NCBI RefSeq assembly: GCF_001194135.2
Contig: NC_068985.1
Location: 43,204,293-43,268,292 of the forward strand
DNA from: Octopus bimaculoides
Lineage: Eukaryota
Direction: 5' to 3'
Length of the DNA: 64,000 nucleotides
Below are positions 1-40,063 of this stretch, one piece after another. A model generated the notes under the pieces. It was not told the origin of the DNA and ran no database searches. It saw only the letters and a list, made by a program, of their open reading frames with translations. A program made the translations under genes and the position numbers. Positions within the stretch are counted from its first letter, which is position 1, and each line of letters starts with the position of its first letter.

Positions 1-935
1 GGGTTCTAAGCTGGTGTTTTTGAACTGCTGCTTGGTTGTTGAAGGCCTGCAGGAAGTTAAGATGCTAGAAAAATGGTAATTGGTCAGAGAGAGGACTGGA
101 GAGTAAGCTGGGTGAAGTAGTTTCATAGGCCAGTCTGTTCAATTTCATCAGAATCATTTGTCTGATATGGTTAGAGACTGCGATAAAGCAGAATTGTTCA
201 TTTTCCATTGACTAATATTGGGCATAACCATTGCAGTCCCTGGTACATTTTGTGGATTTTTCTAGCAATATTTCTCTGCTGTAATGGCTTTATCTGGATT
301 CAAAATGTAGCAAATGATTGCACTTGCTGATCATTGGTGATGATTACCTTCTTGCTTTGCTTCTTGGGTTTGACAAATGTCTTGATCTAACCACTGTGCA
401 GAATAGCATTAGTTGTATTCAATCCATTTCTCATCATATATTGCAATGCAGTCACAAAATGGATTGGACTTTGTAATAATATATATTTGTTCAACTCATA
501 GGTATCTATTTGTCATGGTATTTTGACATTCCAGTGTGGTGCAAATATCAAACTGTTGAATGGTCAATGTTTAGTTCCTCTGGAATTTTTTGATCTTTGG
601 TGTGGCTTTGCTTTGGCCATTGGTTAATTGCAGAAAATCAGGTATGGCTTTCCTCATCTTCAAGGTTCTCCTCGCTTGCAGAAAACTTTTTATACCACTG
701 TTGAACCACATTCATGGACAGTCCCCTGGCCAAATGCTTGGTTGATATCGCAAGCTGTTTCTGTTGCTTTTAAATCATAAAAATAAAATGGGTCCATCTT
801 CAGTTTGACTTGACAAAATGAAAAAGAATAAACAGTGAAACCAAAATCATTAGTATAACTCAAATGTGCACTTCAAAATGATATAAGCATCAAGTTTTAA
901 AGTAATGAAAACCACAATTATTTTTGTACCAACCT
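1..935 (-). mobile_element. Decayed Hsmar1-like (cecropia-type) mariner, cut by the window edge
   Basis: - strand reads KATETACDINQAFGQGT, QQWYKKF, EELNIDHSTV, DEKWI, SAQWLD, HPAYSP with stops and frameshifts; TIR-like AGGTTGGTACAAAAATAATTGTGGTTTT at ~908-935. Confidence 0.85.
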
Positions 936-1372
936 CACCTGCAATGTCTTCTTCCATTTTCCAAAGGGAAAAATGTAATAGTAGGATTTTTGCCTGTAAT
1001 TGTACTAATGAGTAATATTAAAATATTTTTTGAGCCTTCTAAATCATTCTTGCATTACTACTGGTATTAATATCAAATATTTTTCTTTGTTTATAGTTGA
1101 AGTAGTTTTGAACAGTCTCCTGTGGTTCTTTAGTTTAGCCGATAGCTACTATGTAATTCTGTATATCACACTCATTCTTAAAAACATTGGGGCATCACAA
1201 TAAGATTATAAGCTTCTGATTAACAAATAATGATAGCTGTGGAACTCTGTTAAAGCTCAGCAGCTGCAGTAGGTGATCAGAAGCAATTAATCAAAATGAG
1301 CAACTTGTCGAAAATTTGATTTGTGATTAATACTTTATATTTCCCTCTTACTAAAACTGTTTTCTCTTTTAG

Positions 1373-29371
<27,999 letters not shown>

Positions 29372-29491
29372 CTGTCAATAATTCCAAGATAGTGGCTAAT
29401 GAGGAAAAAGTGAGATATGCCAAAAGCAGCAGCAGCAGCAACAACAAGAGCTGTTCATATGCAGTCATCATTGCTGTTGGTGGTCAGCTTT

Positions 29492-29497
29492 AATAAA
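29492..29497 (+). promoter_or_regulatory. Candidate proximal polyadenylation signal of USP7
   Basis: AATAAA ~120 nt after the stop. Further AATAAA copies occur downstream, so the true 3' end is undetermined. Confidence 0.4.
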
Positions 29498-30001
29498 GTG
29501 CTGGCAACAGCAAATTGTTGACATAGAAATGTTGGCTTGTTCTGCCAGTGGCACTTAGCTGTCTGTCCATGTGTGTGTTTGCCAGCCCTGCCAACATCAT
29601 CTGCAATATTTCTGCTCTCTTCCTACATCCAATCTGCCTCTTCATCTTTTCTTCTTTTACCTTTTGTCTATACTTTTATTTTAAAAACTATTGATGATAG
29701 AGAGCGTGTAGATGTGAGCTATTTATGAAAGGGTGACTTCATTGTTCTGACAGTGGAAACTGCAGCTGGCATTAACATCTTTTAATCTCTCCCTTCTCTT
29801 TTTCTTCCCCATATCTGAAGCATTATGGCTATCACAGCTTGCTGCTTGTCCTAAACATAGTTACCAAGATTGTAACAACTTTATTTCTCTGTGGATATAC
29901 CAACAAAGTTAACTGAAAATAAATATCTAAGCCACAGTAAATACAACTGTTACCACCACTACATCACATTGATTTCTGTTATTCACTGTCAAAAAAAAAA
30001 G

Positions 30002-30003
<2 letters not shown>

Positions 30004-30062
<59 letters not shown>
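30004..30062. repeat. (CA)n microsatellite downstream of the USP7 stop
   Basis: Perfect CA run. Confidence 0.95.
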
Positions 30063-30066
<4 letters not shown>

Positions 30067-32639
30067 TACATACATGTAAAGGTTTTTAACATACATTTAT
30101 ATTGAGAACAAAGCACAAATATTGTTATGTACACAACTTACATCCACACATATGAAACAAGTCTTTTGTTCATAAAAATCTGCAGAAATACACTGAAATT
30201 GTAATTGCTCTTTGCATACAGAAAAAGAACACACATTGTTTTAAAATATTTTTTTAAAGATCTTAAGGCAAGTGATGTGTTTTACACATTGTAGTTTGTC
30301 TACTTTCTTGCTCTTGTATATTGCCTCTTGTCTACTATTCTCTACCGTCCACCAACACATTCTAGATCAATTTCTCCTTTCATCTATTTAGTTGTACTCT
30401 TTGGTGGTGATGGTGATGATGGCACATCTTTTAGCCTTGTCTCACATTTTTTCAAATTTACTGAAACACATTAATAGCAATAGGAAAACTGTACACTAAT
30501 TTGGTTCTTGAGCAACTTCTGAAGACAGCTAGCTTTGTGTAGGACTAGTGACCAGTCATTTCAATTGGCACTAACAATTTGCTGTACTTTAGTCCCCCTC
30601 TCTTGTAAAACCCTCACTTTCTCTCTTGTAGTCTTTATATTCAATTTGACTAGAATGTTAAAACTGGAGTGGAAGGTCGAAATGATTTCCAGGAAAGAAA
30701 AGGATATAGAGTTTGCTAGAGTATCTCTTGCAAGAATTTTTTTTTTAATTTTACATTTGAAATGTCAGGTTTTTCTCAGAAGGACATGTAAGAAACCAAA
30801 TGACTTTTCAATGACTGGATGTACTTTTCAATGGTAAATAATAAAAGAACTGATTTTTCTGGAAATTGAACATTTCCCTTCTCTAGAACATTTGAAATCT
30901 GTTGAAAAAGGAAATATTAGAAACTGCGATATTAAAGGTGTTTAGTATAAACAACTAAAACTGGAAAGAACTGGAAAAATAATAAAACTGAAGGCTTGTT
31001 TGTAGATTTTTGTTATTTCCTATCTTTATCTCTTTATCTTAGATCAACTAAATGCAATGCTGCTTCCTTTTTACTTTGACTGTTGCATAATTTTACTGCC
31101 TCTTAATATGCATTACTACTGCATTTCCTTCACAACTATTTCTCTCTCTCTCTCTCTGTCCTAACTAAATGCTTTGCTACTTTAATTAAGTATTGACAGA
31201 CTCAGATTATATCTAATGGTTCCTAACCAATTCCATAGCAGTATTTCTGTATATGTTTCCACCATCTGTCAAACTATCCAGTTGGTTGATAAAACAACCC
31301 CCTTCTTTCTCTCTTTTTTTCTCTCTCAACAAACATATACAAGATCTCAGCTTCTAATACTGCCTTTTTCTTGGACCGGTGAAACTATTCCACTTTTATA
31401 TGAAAATATACACAAGTATTTGTGTGTGCATGTATATGTGTGTGTACATAAATTGGGAAGTCAACTCTTGTTATAAAATCTATGCATCACTGACGTGTAT
31501 ATAAGCTTCAATCAATTTTGAAGAAAATTTAATTAACTTAACGTTTTATAAAAGAGGGCTTCTTTTCCTCTTTCTATATGTTAGATCTCATTCATTTAGA
31601 TCATCCTACCTTTTAGAGCTGTCCATGTGTGGTTACTATGTAGATCCCTATCTATGGTTAGCCATGCATATTAGCCTCAGTAAAACTGTTTACTGTGATT
31701 GATATTGCAGAAGACTTGCTTCAATCTATTTGTTCTATCTCTGATTAGAACTGACTAAATACTATTTTTCATTCCCTACCCTAACTACAGTTCTTTTCTT
31801 CTGAAGCTTGTGTGAGGATTATTTCAATAATCTTTCAAAATCTTCAAAAAAAAATATATATATATATATATGTAATGTGGTTTATGTTTGAAAGTAAATT
31901 CTTCAAACTTTATAGCTAATTAAAGAAGGAAGTTTTTTTTTTTTTCTTTGGCCAGAAAATTCTTATAGTTTTCTTCAACAGAAATGACCATACTACAAAA
32001 CTACCAAATGTTTTCAACAACTTTCTTCTTCTGAAGACGATGTAGTCTTTAGTTTGTTTATTTTTCTTACAGGTACTACTGCATTAATAAAATGTCATTT
32101 GCTACCACCAGTGGATGTTCAGTTTACCTAAATATGTAACTTTATTTGAATACATGGTGTTGAGTGGGTGTATGTGTGTTTTGTTTTAAGAATTTGTTGG
32201 TGGGTTTTTCACAAGGGAACAGTTTTGAGAAAGACATCAATAACAGCTCTTCATTTACATCATTTTATGTCTCTTTTATACTGGACAGATCAAGAACACT
32301 TTTTGTTTATATATTTCATTTTGACATGGTTTCTACTACTGGACACAACTCATGACACCAGCACTGGTATCTCTCTACTCTCCACTATTTCTATTGTTTC
32401 ACCAACCACTCAACAGAGTGTACTGGTTTTATCTTATTGTGGAACTATCTCTAGAAAGGATGCCTTATCCACAGCAAGACTAAACATTGCTTTTATTTGT
32501 TCAAAGCACAAACTCAGTGTGAATAGAAGAGTGGTGGAAAATGGGGAGTGGTGAGAGAATGATAAGCAGTTGGGTGTTGATTGTTGGTAAAAAGATGGAA
32601 TGAAAGAAAAAGCATGAATGGGTGAGAGTAATGTATGTC

Positions 32640-34330
32640 AGGGAATAGAGGAAGTAGTAATGGTGTGGTGGGGTGTAGTTTTGAATATGAGCATTTGTGC
32701 TGTCTACTCTCTTGTATACTGATTCTCTTATATAGTGTAGTTTTCTCTCAGCTGGGGTTGAACTTTTGTCATTCATACATACTAACATTATGCATTCAAC
32801 AGAGCACGGTCACTTTACTTCTTACTAGCTTTTGCAAATCATGCATTCAAGGGCCTTGTCTTCTTGCTTTGCAGTTTCACACTTTGTATACAAGCATCAC
32901 ATAATCTATCCTTCATTTGAAGGGAGAATTCTATTGGTACTAGCAGACATAATAGCTCCCAGACCTTCATCCTACCCTTTCTTACTCTTGGAACTATGCT
33001 TTGGAACTACCTCTGTTAATTAGTTCACCTTGATATAAATGTTATCAATTACTGCCAGAGAGCCTTCCAAATATTTGTAGCGATTTATTTCATGTGTATT
33101 CTTCCAATCATTCGTAAGGATTTGTTTCATAGGTTTCTTATTCATACTGCTAATTGCTATTGTGCATCTATCACACCCCTAGTCTACCATCTCTGTCAGC
33201 CTGCTTGTGATCTCACTAAACCTCTTGTGCATTCATAAGTTACACTAGTACAGCAATACAGAATTTTTACTTACTCTTTTCTACATATTGAGCATGACCA
33301 TTTCCCAAATGGCAGCAAGGTCCTGTCTTCTTTACTACTTATTAAAACTTTAATCTTTGCTAGTCCTCTTAATTCTGTTTTGAATTTCTTCTCTAATTTT
33401 AGGTCCTGCTATAAGAATTAGAACATAAGTAAACAGAAGCTAGGGGCCCAGGCTCTGACACATCCCAACTTTGATATGAAATTCATCACTGAACTGTCTC
33501 TGGTTCCTTTAGTGGTCATCAGTCTATAGACTGAAGAATTCTATCGAAGACCTTCAGGTCAAATGTAGAGTAACCTTTAGTTAAGTACTCCTGAAATTGT
33601 TTGACTAGGAAGAGGCATCAATAGAACCCCTTCTTGGCACAGAGCTGAACTGCATCTTGTCCCCTTAATCACTTATAACTACATTGTTCAGTTACTTCCA
33701 TAAATTGGTTCATCAATTAGATATTGCTAGTTGTACTATGCCATTCATTGGATATAGCAGCCTGTTCTACCTAATTAATTATGCTAGTAACTATCATGTA
33801 ACCTATTTCATCAGATTATTTTAAAACTTCTAAGCAACTACAATTCCTTTTGGACCAGCTTCTTCTTTCCTTACTTTCATATCCTTGATCACACGTTCAG
33901 CATCAATAGCTTCCACCATATTACCTTCCATCTTGTCAGAGCTAGCATCAGCTTCACACTGTATTTGTTGTCTTCTGTAGGTTGACTCATAGAAACTCCC
34001 AGTTGTCTTATTATACATCTCTTTTTTCCCTCTCTTGCCAACTTAGCCTTTTGGAACACAAGACTCTCTGGTGTCTTTGAGTCCCATCAAACTCTTACTC
34101 TAAAATCATTAATTAGTAAATTGTTGGATGGTACAACCTTTGCCAGAGAAAGATTCAGCAGTCACAACCATTTATTTATTTTGTTTCTTGGTGTCTATAA
34201 CATCTATCTGTCCTGTATGTTCATCTGAATGGTCAGTGATCAGGTGATAATGTTGCAAATGTTTCAGTCATTCACATCACTTGAACTTCAGGGATCTTGA
34301 TACCTTCTTGTTCCTTGTATATATAGCCTC
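32640..34330 (-). mobile_element. Heavily decayed RTE LINE (endonuclease C-terminus, RT, Cys-rich insert)
   Basis: - strand reads QIDVI..K, ESFSGKGC, VIKDMKVRKEEAGPKGI, MQFSSVPRRGSIDA, KVFDR, GKWSCSICRK, CDRC, MKDRLCDAC. Confidence 0.65.
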
Positions 34331-34369
34331 CATATATACCAGAGAAGCCATTATGGAGGTAGCCTGTAG

Positions 34370-36210
34370 GTCTTAGTCTTAGGTCCTCCTGCACCGTGTG
34401 GCGCATTGGGCAGCAAGGCTTCTCCAATGTAATTGGTCAGTCGCAGCGATTTCAGCTTCATCACACGAAATGGCAATGGCTTTGAGGTCATCGATGAAGG
34501 TGCAGCACCAAGTTGCTTTTGGTTGCCCTTGTTTTCTCTTGCCATGCAGTGGCTTCCCCAGAATGGTGGTTTTCACATGCCATGACGATGGTAATCGGGG
34601 GACATGGCCTGCGGATCACAAGCAGCACTCAGTGACGTCATGAAGTGGACGAGTATCAGTTCAGTGATGTATCTCGTCATTGGTGATGTGGTCCTGCTAT
34701 GATATTAGCAGTATCCACCAGAGGCATTGTAGCTGAAATACATTGTACCTTCGTATGATCTTTGCCGATGGTATGATGATGCTATTGAAGAGGCACACTT
34801 TGGTCTTGGTGAAGGTCGGCCCTGCCTGCCCAGATGGGTTTGAGTCTTTGAAGAATACCCAAGGCCTTCCCAATCCAGCAGGCAACGTCGCATCTCCATC
34901 ATTGGCCATGATGCTGCCCAAATAGGTGAACTCATCAACTTGCACGATTTGGTGTTGTCCAATCATCAAGGAGACACCATTGTTGTTCCCATTGACATAG
35001 CCAGTCCTTGTGATCTTCATCTTGTTTCCACTTATGCAGAGTCCTATCTTGGCCACCTCCCATTCCAATCGCTGTCATTGTGTGAATGACATTTTTCATT
35101 GATTTGAGGAGCACGAAGTCGAGGTCAGTCAGGTGCCCCGACCCACACCAAGGAATCCCAAATCCCTGTTGGCACATTGCCCCATGCATGACAAAGAAAT
35201 AGGAGAGGGGATAGAATGCATCCTTGCTGTACACCCGTCTCAATGGTAAAGTAGTTGGTATAGCCCATCTCTGAACGCAGCACCTGGACTTGGAGTAAAG
35301 GCTCCAAAAGGCGTCAATGAAACGTTCAGGAATGCTGAAGTCACGTGCGATGCACCACAACGAACTCCAATGTATGCTGTGGAATGCCTTGACAAAATTA
35401 ATGAAAATGATTGCCGTTGCTGATATTTCAGACTTTGTTCGATAATGTTGCGCAACATGAAAATTTGTTCATTGCACAACCGTCTGCATCGAAAACCAGC
35501 TTGTTCTTGGAGCCTCTCATCCACCACCCATTACAGCCGCCTTAAGAGGATGATACTGAAGACCTTTCTGGTTTCTCGCAATTTTGGTGTTGAAGTTGCC
35601 AAGGACCAAGTCAAGACGAGGGATGTCCTGTAGTTGGTCAGAAAAAGCGTCTTTATTGGCCTCTTCTGTGTCTTTGATGGGAGCATAGGCTTGGATGACA
35701 GTGATCTTGGACAACCATGTTTGGAATCGGGCAGTGATGATACAACTGCTGGCAGGCTTCCATCCAATGAGTGCTCCAGCTGCCCTTGCAGATATGATAA
35801 TGCCGACTCCTCATGCATGTTCCACTTTGTGACCCGAGAAGATAATGGTCCTGCCATCACCAACCAACTATTCACTGCCAGTCCATCTCATTTCGCTAAT
35901 TCCAAGGATGTCCATCTGATATCTTTCCACTTCTTCAAACAGCTGTGCCTGTCTGCCATTCTGGTACAGTGTCCTCACATTCCAAGTCCCGATTTTTGTT
36001 GGTTGTTTTGCATATAGGGTGTTGGATGTCCTGACGGCTTTGATCCAACACCATCATAGGTGATTGCCTCCTCTGCGGTCAGTTTGAATATGTTGGTTTG
36101 TTCTTGCTGCTTGTGTAGCACTGAGGTTTTTTCGGGGTCAGGTCGTTGGCCTGACACCCAACCCTCCTCCTTTTGCAGCTGGGCTTGGGACCAGCCTCTG
36201 TAAGAGGGCC
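34370..36210 (-). mobile_element. Degenerate RTE-clade LINE (endonuclease + RT fragments, 3' tail, twister remnant at the 5' end)
   Basis: ITVIQAYAP, DLVLGNFN, EQAGFR, EQIFMLRNIIEQ, GVQQGCILSPLLF, VDEFTYLGS, RYNVFQLQCL; 3' end GCGCCACACGGTGCAGGAGGACCTAAGACTAAG. Confidence 0.9.
36162..36207 (-). ncRNA. 5'-truncated twister ribozyme remnant
   Basis: CCUCU-UAC-AGAGG, CUGG-UCCCAAGC-CCAG, AAAAGGAGGAGGG match the P4/L4 and 3' strand of P1-type twisters. Confidence 0.65.
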
Positions 36211-36291
36211 TCACTAAAGAAGTTCTCCTGTGTTATCTGCTGGCCTTTTAGTGTGGTGTATATCCAGAGATAAAATGTCAGTCATACTATC

Positions 36292-37529
36292 TATTAGGTT
36301 GTCAAGAAAGTTCTTGCGAATTTAAAATTTTGGTTTTAAATGATATATTTTCAAATTAATTTTCGTTACATTACTTTGACTTTATATATCATTTTAAAGC
36401 CCGCTTTTCGCTCTATCTAATCGTGTTACTCTTTTTCTTTTTGAATAATTAGGCCATTTTTTTCCAGAACGTTGAATACAACATGGACAAAAAGCAAATT
36501 CGCACAATTTTCTTATTCCAGTTCAAGCTAGGCCAAAAAGCTATTGAAACAGCTCTCGATTTCAATGATGCATTTAGCCTAGGACAATGGTGGTTCAAGA
36601 AATTTCGTAGTGATGACAAAGTCTTGAAGATGATAAGCGTAGTGGCCAGCCATCGGATGTTGACAATGATCAACTAAGAGCCTTAGTCAAAGCCAATCCA
36701 CGCGCAACCGTTCGAGAGCTTGCTTCTGAATTAGATGTAACATATACGACAATTTCCAACCACTTGAGATTGGGAAAACAAAAATACTTGAGAAATGGGT
36801 GCTGCACGAATTGAACGACAACCAAAAAAAACGCCATTTGGAAGTGTCATCTTCCCTTTTACGCAACAAGAACAACCCATTTCTCGACTGGATTGTGATT
36901 GCAATGAAAAGTGGATTCTTTACGACAACTGGCGATGCTCAGCTCAGTGGTTGGATGCCGACGAAGCTCCATGGCACTTCCTGAAGCCAAAGTTGCACCA
37001 GAAGAAGGTCATGGTGACTGTTTGGTGGTCTGCGGCCGGTTTCCATCACAGCTTTTTGGATCCAGGCAAAACCATTGCGGCAGAGAAATACTGTTAGCAA
37101 ATGGATGAAATGCATAAGAAACTCCGACAACAGCCAACATTGGTCAATAGAAAAGGACCAATTCTTCTCCACGACAACGCTCGGTCATACAACTGACCCT
37201 GCAGAAGTTGAACGAATTGGGCTATAAAACTCTGTCTCATCCGCCATACTCACCAGACCTCTCGCCTACTGACTACCACTTTTTCAAGTATCTCGACAAT
37301 TTCCTGTGTGAGAAATGCTTCAGAAACCAAGACAATGCCAAACACAACTTCACCACCACCAGAACACAGGATTTTTACGCTACTGGCATAAATAAACTTG
37401 TTTCGCGTTGGCAAAAGTGTGTTGATTCTGATGGTATTCGTTTTGATTAATTAAGTTTTGTTTGAGCTGAGATATGTGCATCTGAATTTAAAGGTTAAAA
37501 ACCACAAGAACTTTCTTGACAATCTAATA
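36292..37529 (+). mobile_element. Near full-length Hsmar1-like mariner, transposase pseudogene 36483-37450
   Basis: TIRs TATTAGGTTGTCAAGAAAGTTCTTGC / ACAAGAACTTTCTTGACAATCTAATA with terminal TA; frameshifted ORFs MDKKQIRTIFLFQFK, WVLHEL, KWILYDN, HDNAR, HPPYSPDLSPTDY. Confidence 0.95.
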
Positions 37530-37645
37530 CAAATAGCTTCAGCTTAATTATCCAGATCCTCTAACTACTTCAATTTATTCACTTCTCTGTTAACAATATT
37601 CCTACACCATCCAATTCTCCTCTCTCTACAGATAAATCTACTATT

Positions 37646-37972
37646 TTATTTACATTTGACAGATATTTGTTCTCATCTCGTTTGTTAACACAACATTTGG
37701 GCTGATATACCCTCCAGCCTTCATCAGGTGTCCTGGGAAAATTTTGAACCTGGGTTCTCATTCCTAAAGTATTTTTCGATGTTATTATTATTATTCAGGT
37801 CACTGCTTGGAATCGAACTTGGAATCTTGGGGTTAGTAGCCCACGTTCTTAACCACTACGCCATATGCCCGTAGGTATATGGTGTAGTGGTTAAGATGAA
37901 GGCTGGAAGGTATATCAGCCAAAACGTTAACTACAAACAAGATGAGGACAAATATCCCTCAAATGTAAATAA
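37646..37972. mobile_element. Head-to-head palindromic tRNA-derived SINE-like element with hammerhead-type tail
   Basis: - strand arm: A box TGGCGTAGTGG, B box AGTTCGATTCC, (AAT)n, then ACAC-CTGATGA-A-GGCTG..CAGCC-CAAA-T-GTT-GTGT. The + strand arm is internally deleted. A 19-bp central stem lies at 37848-37895. Confidence 0.75.
37688..37731 (-). ncRNA. Degenerate minimal type I hammerhead ribozyme motif
   Basis: CUGAUGA core, 5-bp stem II GGCUG/CAGCC, stem I ACAC/GUGU; GAAAC is mutated to CAAAU in this copy. Confidence 0.55.
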
Positions 37973-38700
37973 TGTACATAATTCCTCATCTCTTAAATAT
38001 AGATCTGTAAAATCTACCACTAGCACCAATGACTGTTATCCATCACGTTTTAAATAAATGTGCTTCATGGTTGCTTGGTTGTGGAGGATTCCATTTATTT
38101 GTTTATAAGTAGAAATTCTACATTATTGTTATAGAATTCATTCAGTCAATATAATTTAATGAGAACAAGAAAACCATGTTTGTTTACTAGTTGAAATTGT
38201 TTGTATTCATTAATTAGAGTAATGGAAGACTGATGCAAGCAGTTTATTGTGGTGGTGGTGGGGGCAACTGTTATGCCTTTCTCAACACTTGTAACAATCA
38301 AATTTGTCATTTCATCATGCAGGGTGCTACAACAAGCCAAGTTGGTAGTGGTTTCACTCAGCCCTCTTAGCTGTAAATGAGTCACACAATATACAAATAG
38401 GAGTCTTGATGTGGTTGCTTGACCTGCTAAAAATAGCAGCCAAAAAGCTCATTAAAACACATTTGATAAATACAGAGGAACACATTACATTGTGTGGTCC
38501 TGGATACCAGGAGGGGGTGGTCTCATGATGACTGCCTTTGATCATAAGTCTGCTAAAGTGACCCAGTGCTGAACAACAATGGAAAATATTGTGACAAATT
38601 TGTCTATGGTTTATTTACCTTTAATATTGAGTTTCCTTTCACCCCCATCTGTATTTCTTGAGTAATGGTCTCTAAGAAGCTAACTTTGGATGCTTTAGAC

Positions 38701-39149
38701 CAGTGGTTCTCAACTAGGGTTCATATAAGATTTTATTGTTAAAATTTATGTATGATAAATTAGTTTTTACTTATACACAAAATATTTTAATTTTTTTATG
38801 CAATTTATAATATTTAGTTTTAAAAAATATAGTAGGATTTTTTAACCATTTAGTGTTCAGATTACTCTACCAAATGTAATGCTTATTTATTCATACTTTG
38901 AATTCATTATGCATTATCTCTCATAGCTTCAAGATTTTGATGGTGTGATTGTTTACTTTTAAAATGACATTGTAGCATAGGTGTGATAGGTCAGATCTGG
39001 CCAGTTTCAATGAAAGCAGGTAAAATATGTAGACCGGATATGGCTAGTTTAAATGCTAAAAGGTTAAACAGTAACATGGTTATGAGGGGCCATCTGAGTA
39101 AAATAGGAATCAAAGAGGTTCATAGGTAAAAACTGGCTGAGAAACATTG
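38701..39149. mobile_element. hAT MITE (same family as 6608) interrupted by a piggyBac-type MITE
   Basis: CAGTGGTTCTCAAC ... GCTGAGAAACATTG; exact TSD CTTTAGAC at 38693-38700 and 39150-39157. Confidence 0.8.
38846..39063. mobile_element. piggyBac-type MITE
   Basis: TTAA at 38842-38845 and 39064-39067; termini CCATTTAG / CTAAAAGG. Confidence 0.7.
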
Positions 39150-39584
39150 CTTTAGACTCTTCCATACAGATTAACCCACAATATCAGATGTGCACCTAAT
39201 ATTGTGTTTACCATCAGTCTTTCAATCTTTGTCTAAAATTACATCTAGTTAGATCCTCAGTAATTTGTGAAATATCTTTCCCATATGAAAATGAAGGCTT
39301 TCCATACTGTCCCTTACAGTAGGAAAGGACTCAGATGGTTCCTAATTTACTTTTTTCCTGTTAAACCGTCTCTTAAATATAGTTTCAATGTTAATTTGGG
39401 AAGGGGGTTAGAACTACTCTTATCCTTCTCATTACTTATTCAGCTTTTTTTTTTCCCCCCCAAACCACTTAACCCTCTCCCTAACACACTAAACTACTCT
39501 CGTCATATTCTTCCCTGAAACCTCCTCGCCAAGAAATAATTATCTACATTCTGTCAGTAGTTGAATTATCATTTATATTTTATC

Positions 39585-39905
39585 TTTTATTTGTTTCAAT
39601 CATTAGACTAAGGCCAGACTGGGGCACCTTGAACAAATCAACCTTTTTTTTTTTTTAAGATTGGTATTCTATTGGTCTCTTGGGCTGAACTGTTAAGCTA
39701 TGAGGATGTAAACACACCAACACTGGTTGTCAAGCATTGGTGGGGGACAAAGATACACATATATATACAACAGGCTTCTTTCAGTTTCTGTCTACCAAAT
39801 CCACTCAAGGCTTTGGTTGACCTGAGGCTATAGTGGAAGACACTTGCCACACAGTAGGACTGAACCAGAACTGTGTGGTTGAGAAGCAAGCTTCTTACCA
39901 CAAGC
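39585..39905 (-). mobile_element. SINE family 1, diverged full-length copy
   Basis: Reverse-complement match to 63594-63982. Confidence 0.75.
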
Positions 39906-40063
39906 TTCTGTACCTATTTATCTACAATTTCTTAAAAGTTTGTTGAGATGTGAACTTAATAATTCATAAGTTGCTACAAACATATTTTTGAAGATATGGT
40001 TTTGAATAGCTTAACAACTGAGTAATATTAAAGAATCAACTGTACTATAATCATGTGAAGGTG

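Noticed and set aside
37795-37863. tRNA gene
   Set aside because: A and B boxes are present, but there is no proper acceptor stem, the anticodon (ACT) is atypical, and it is embedded in a repeat; treated as a SINE head.
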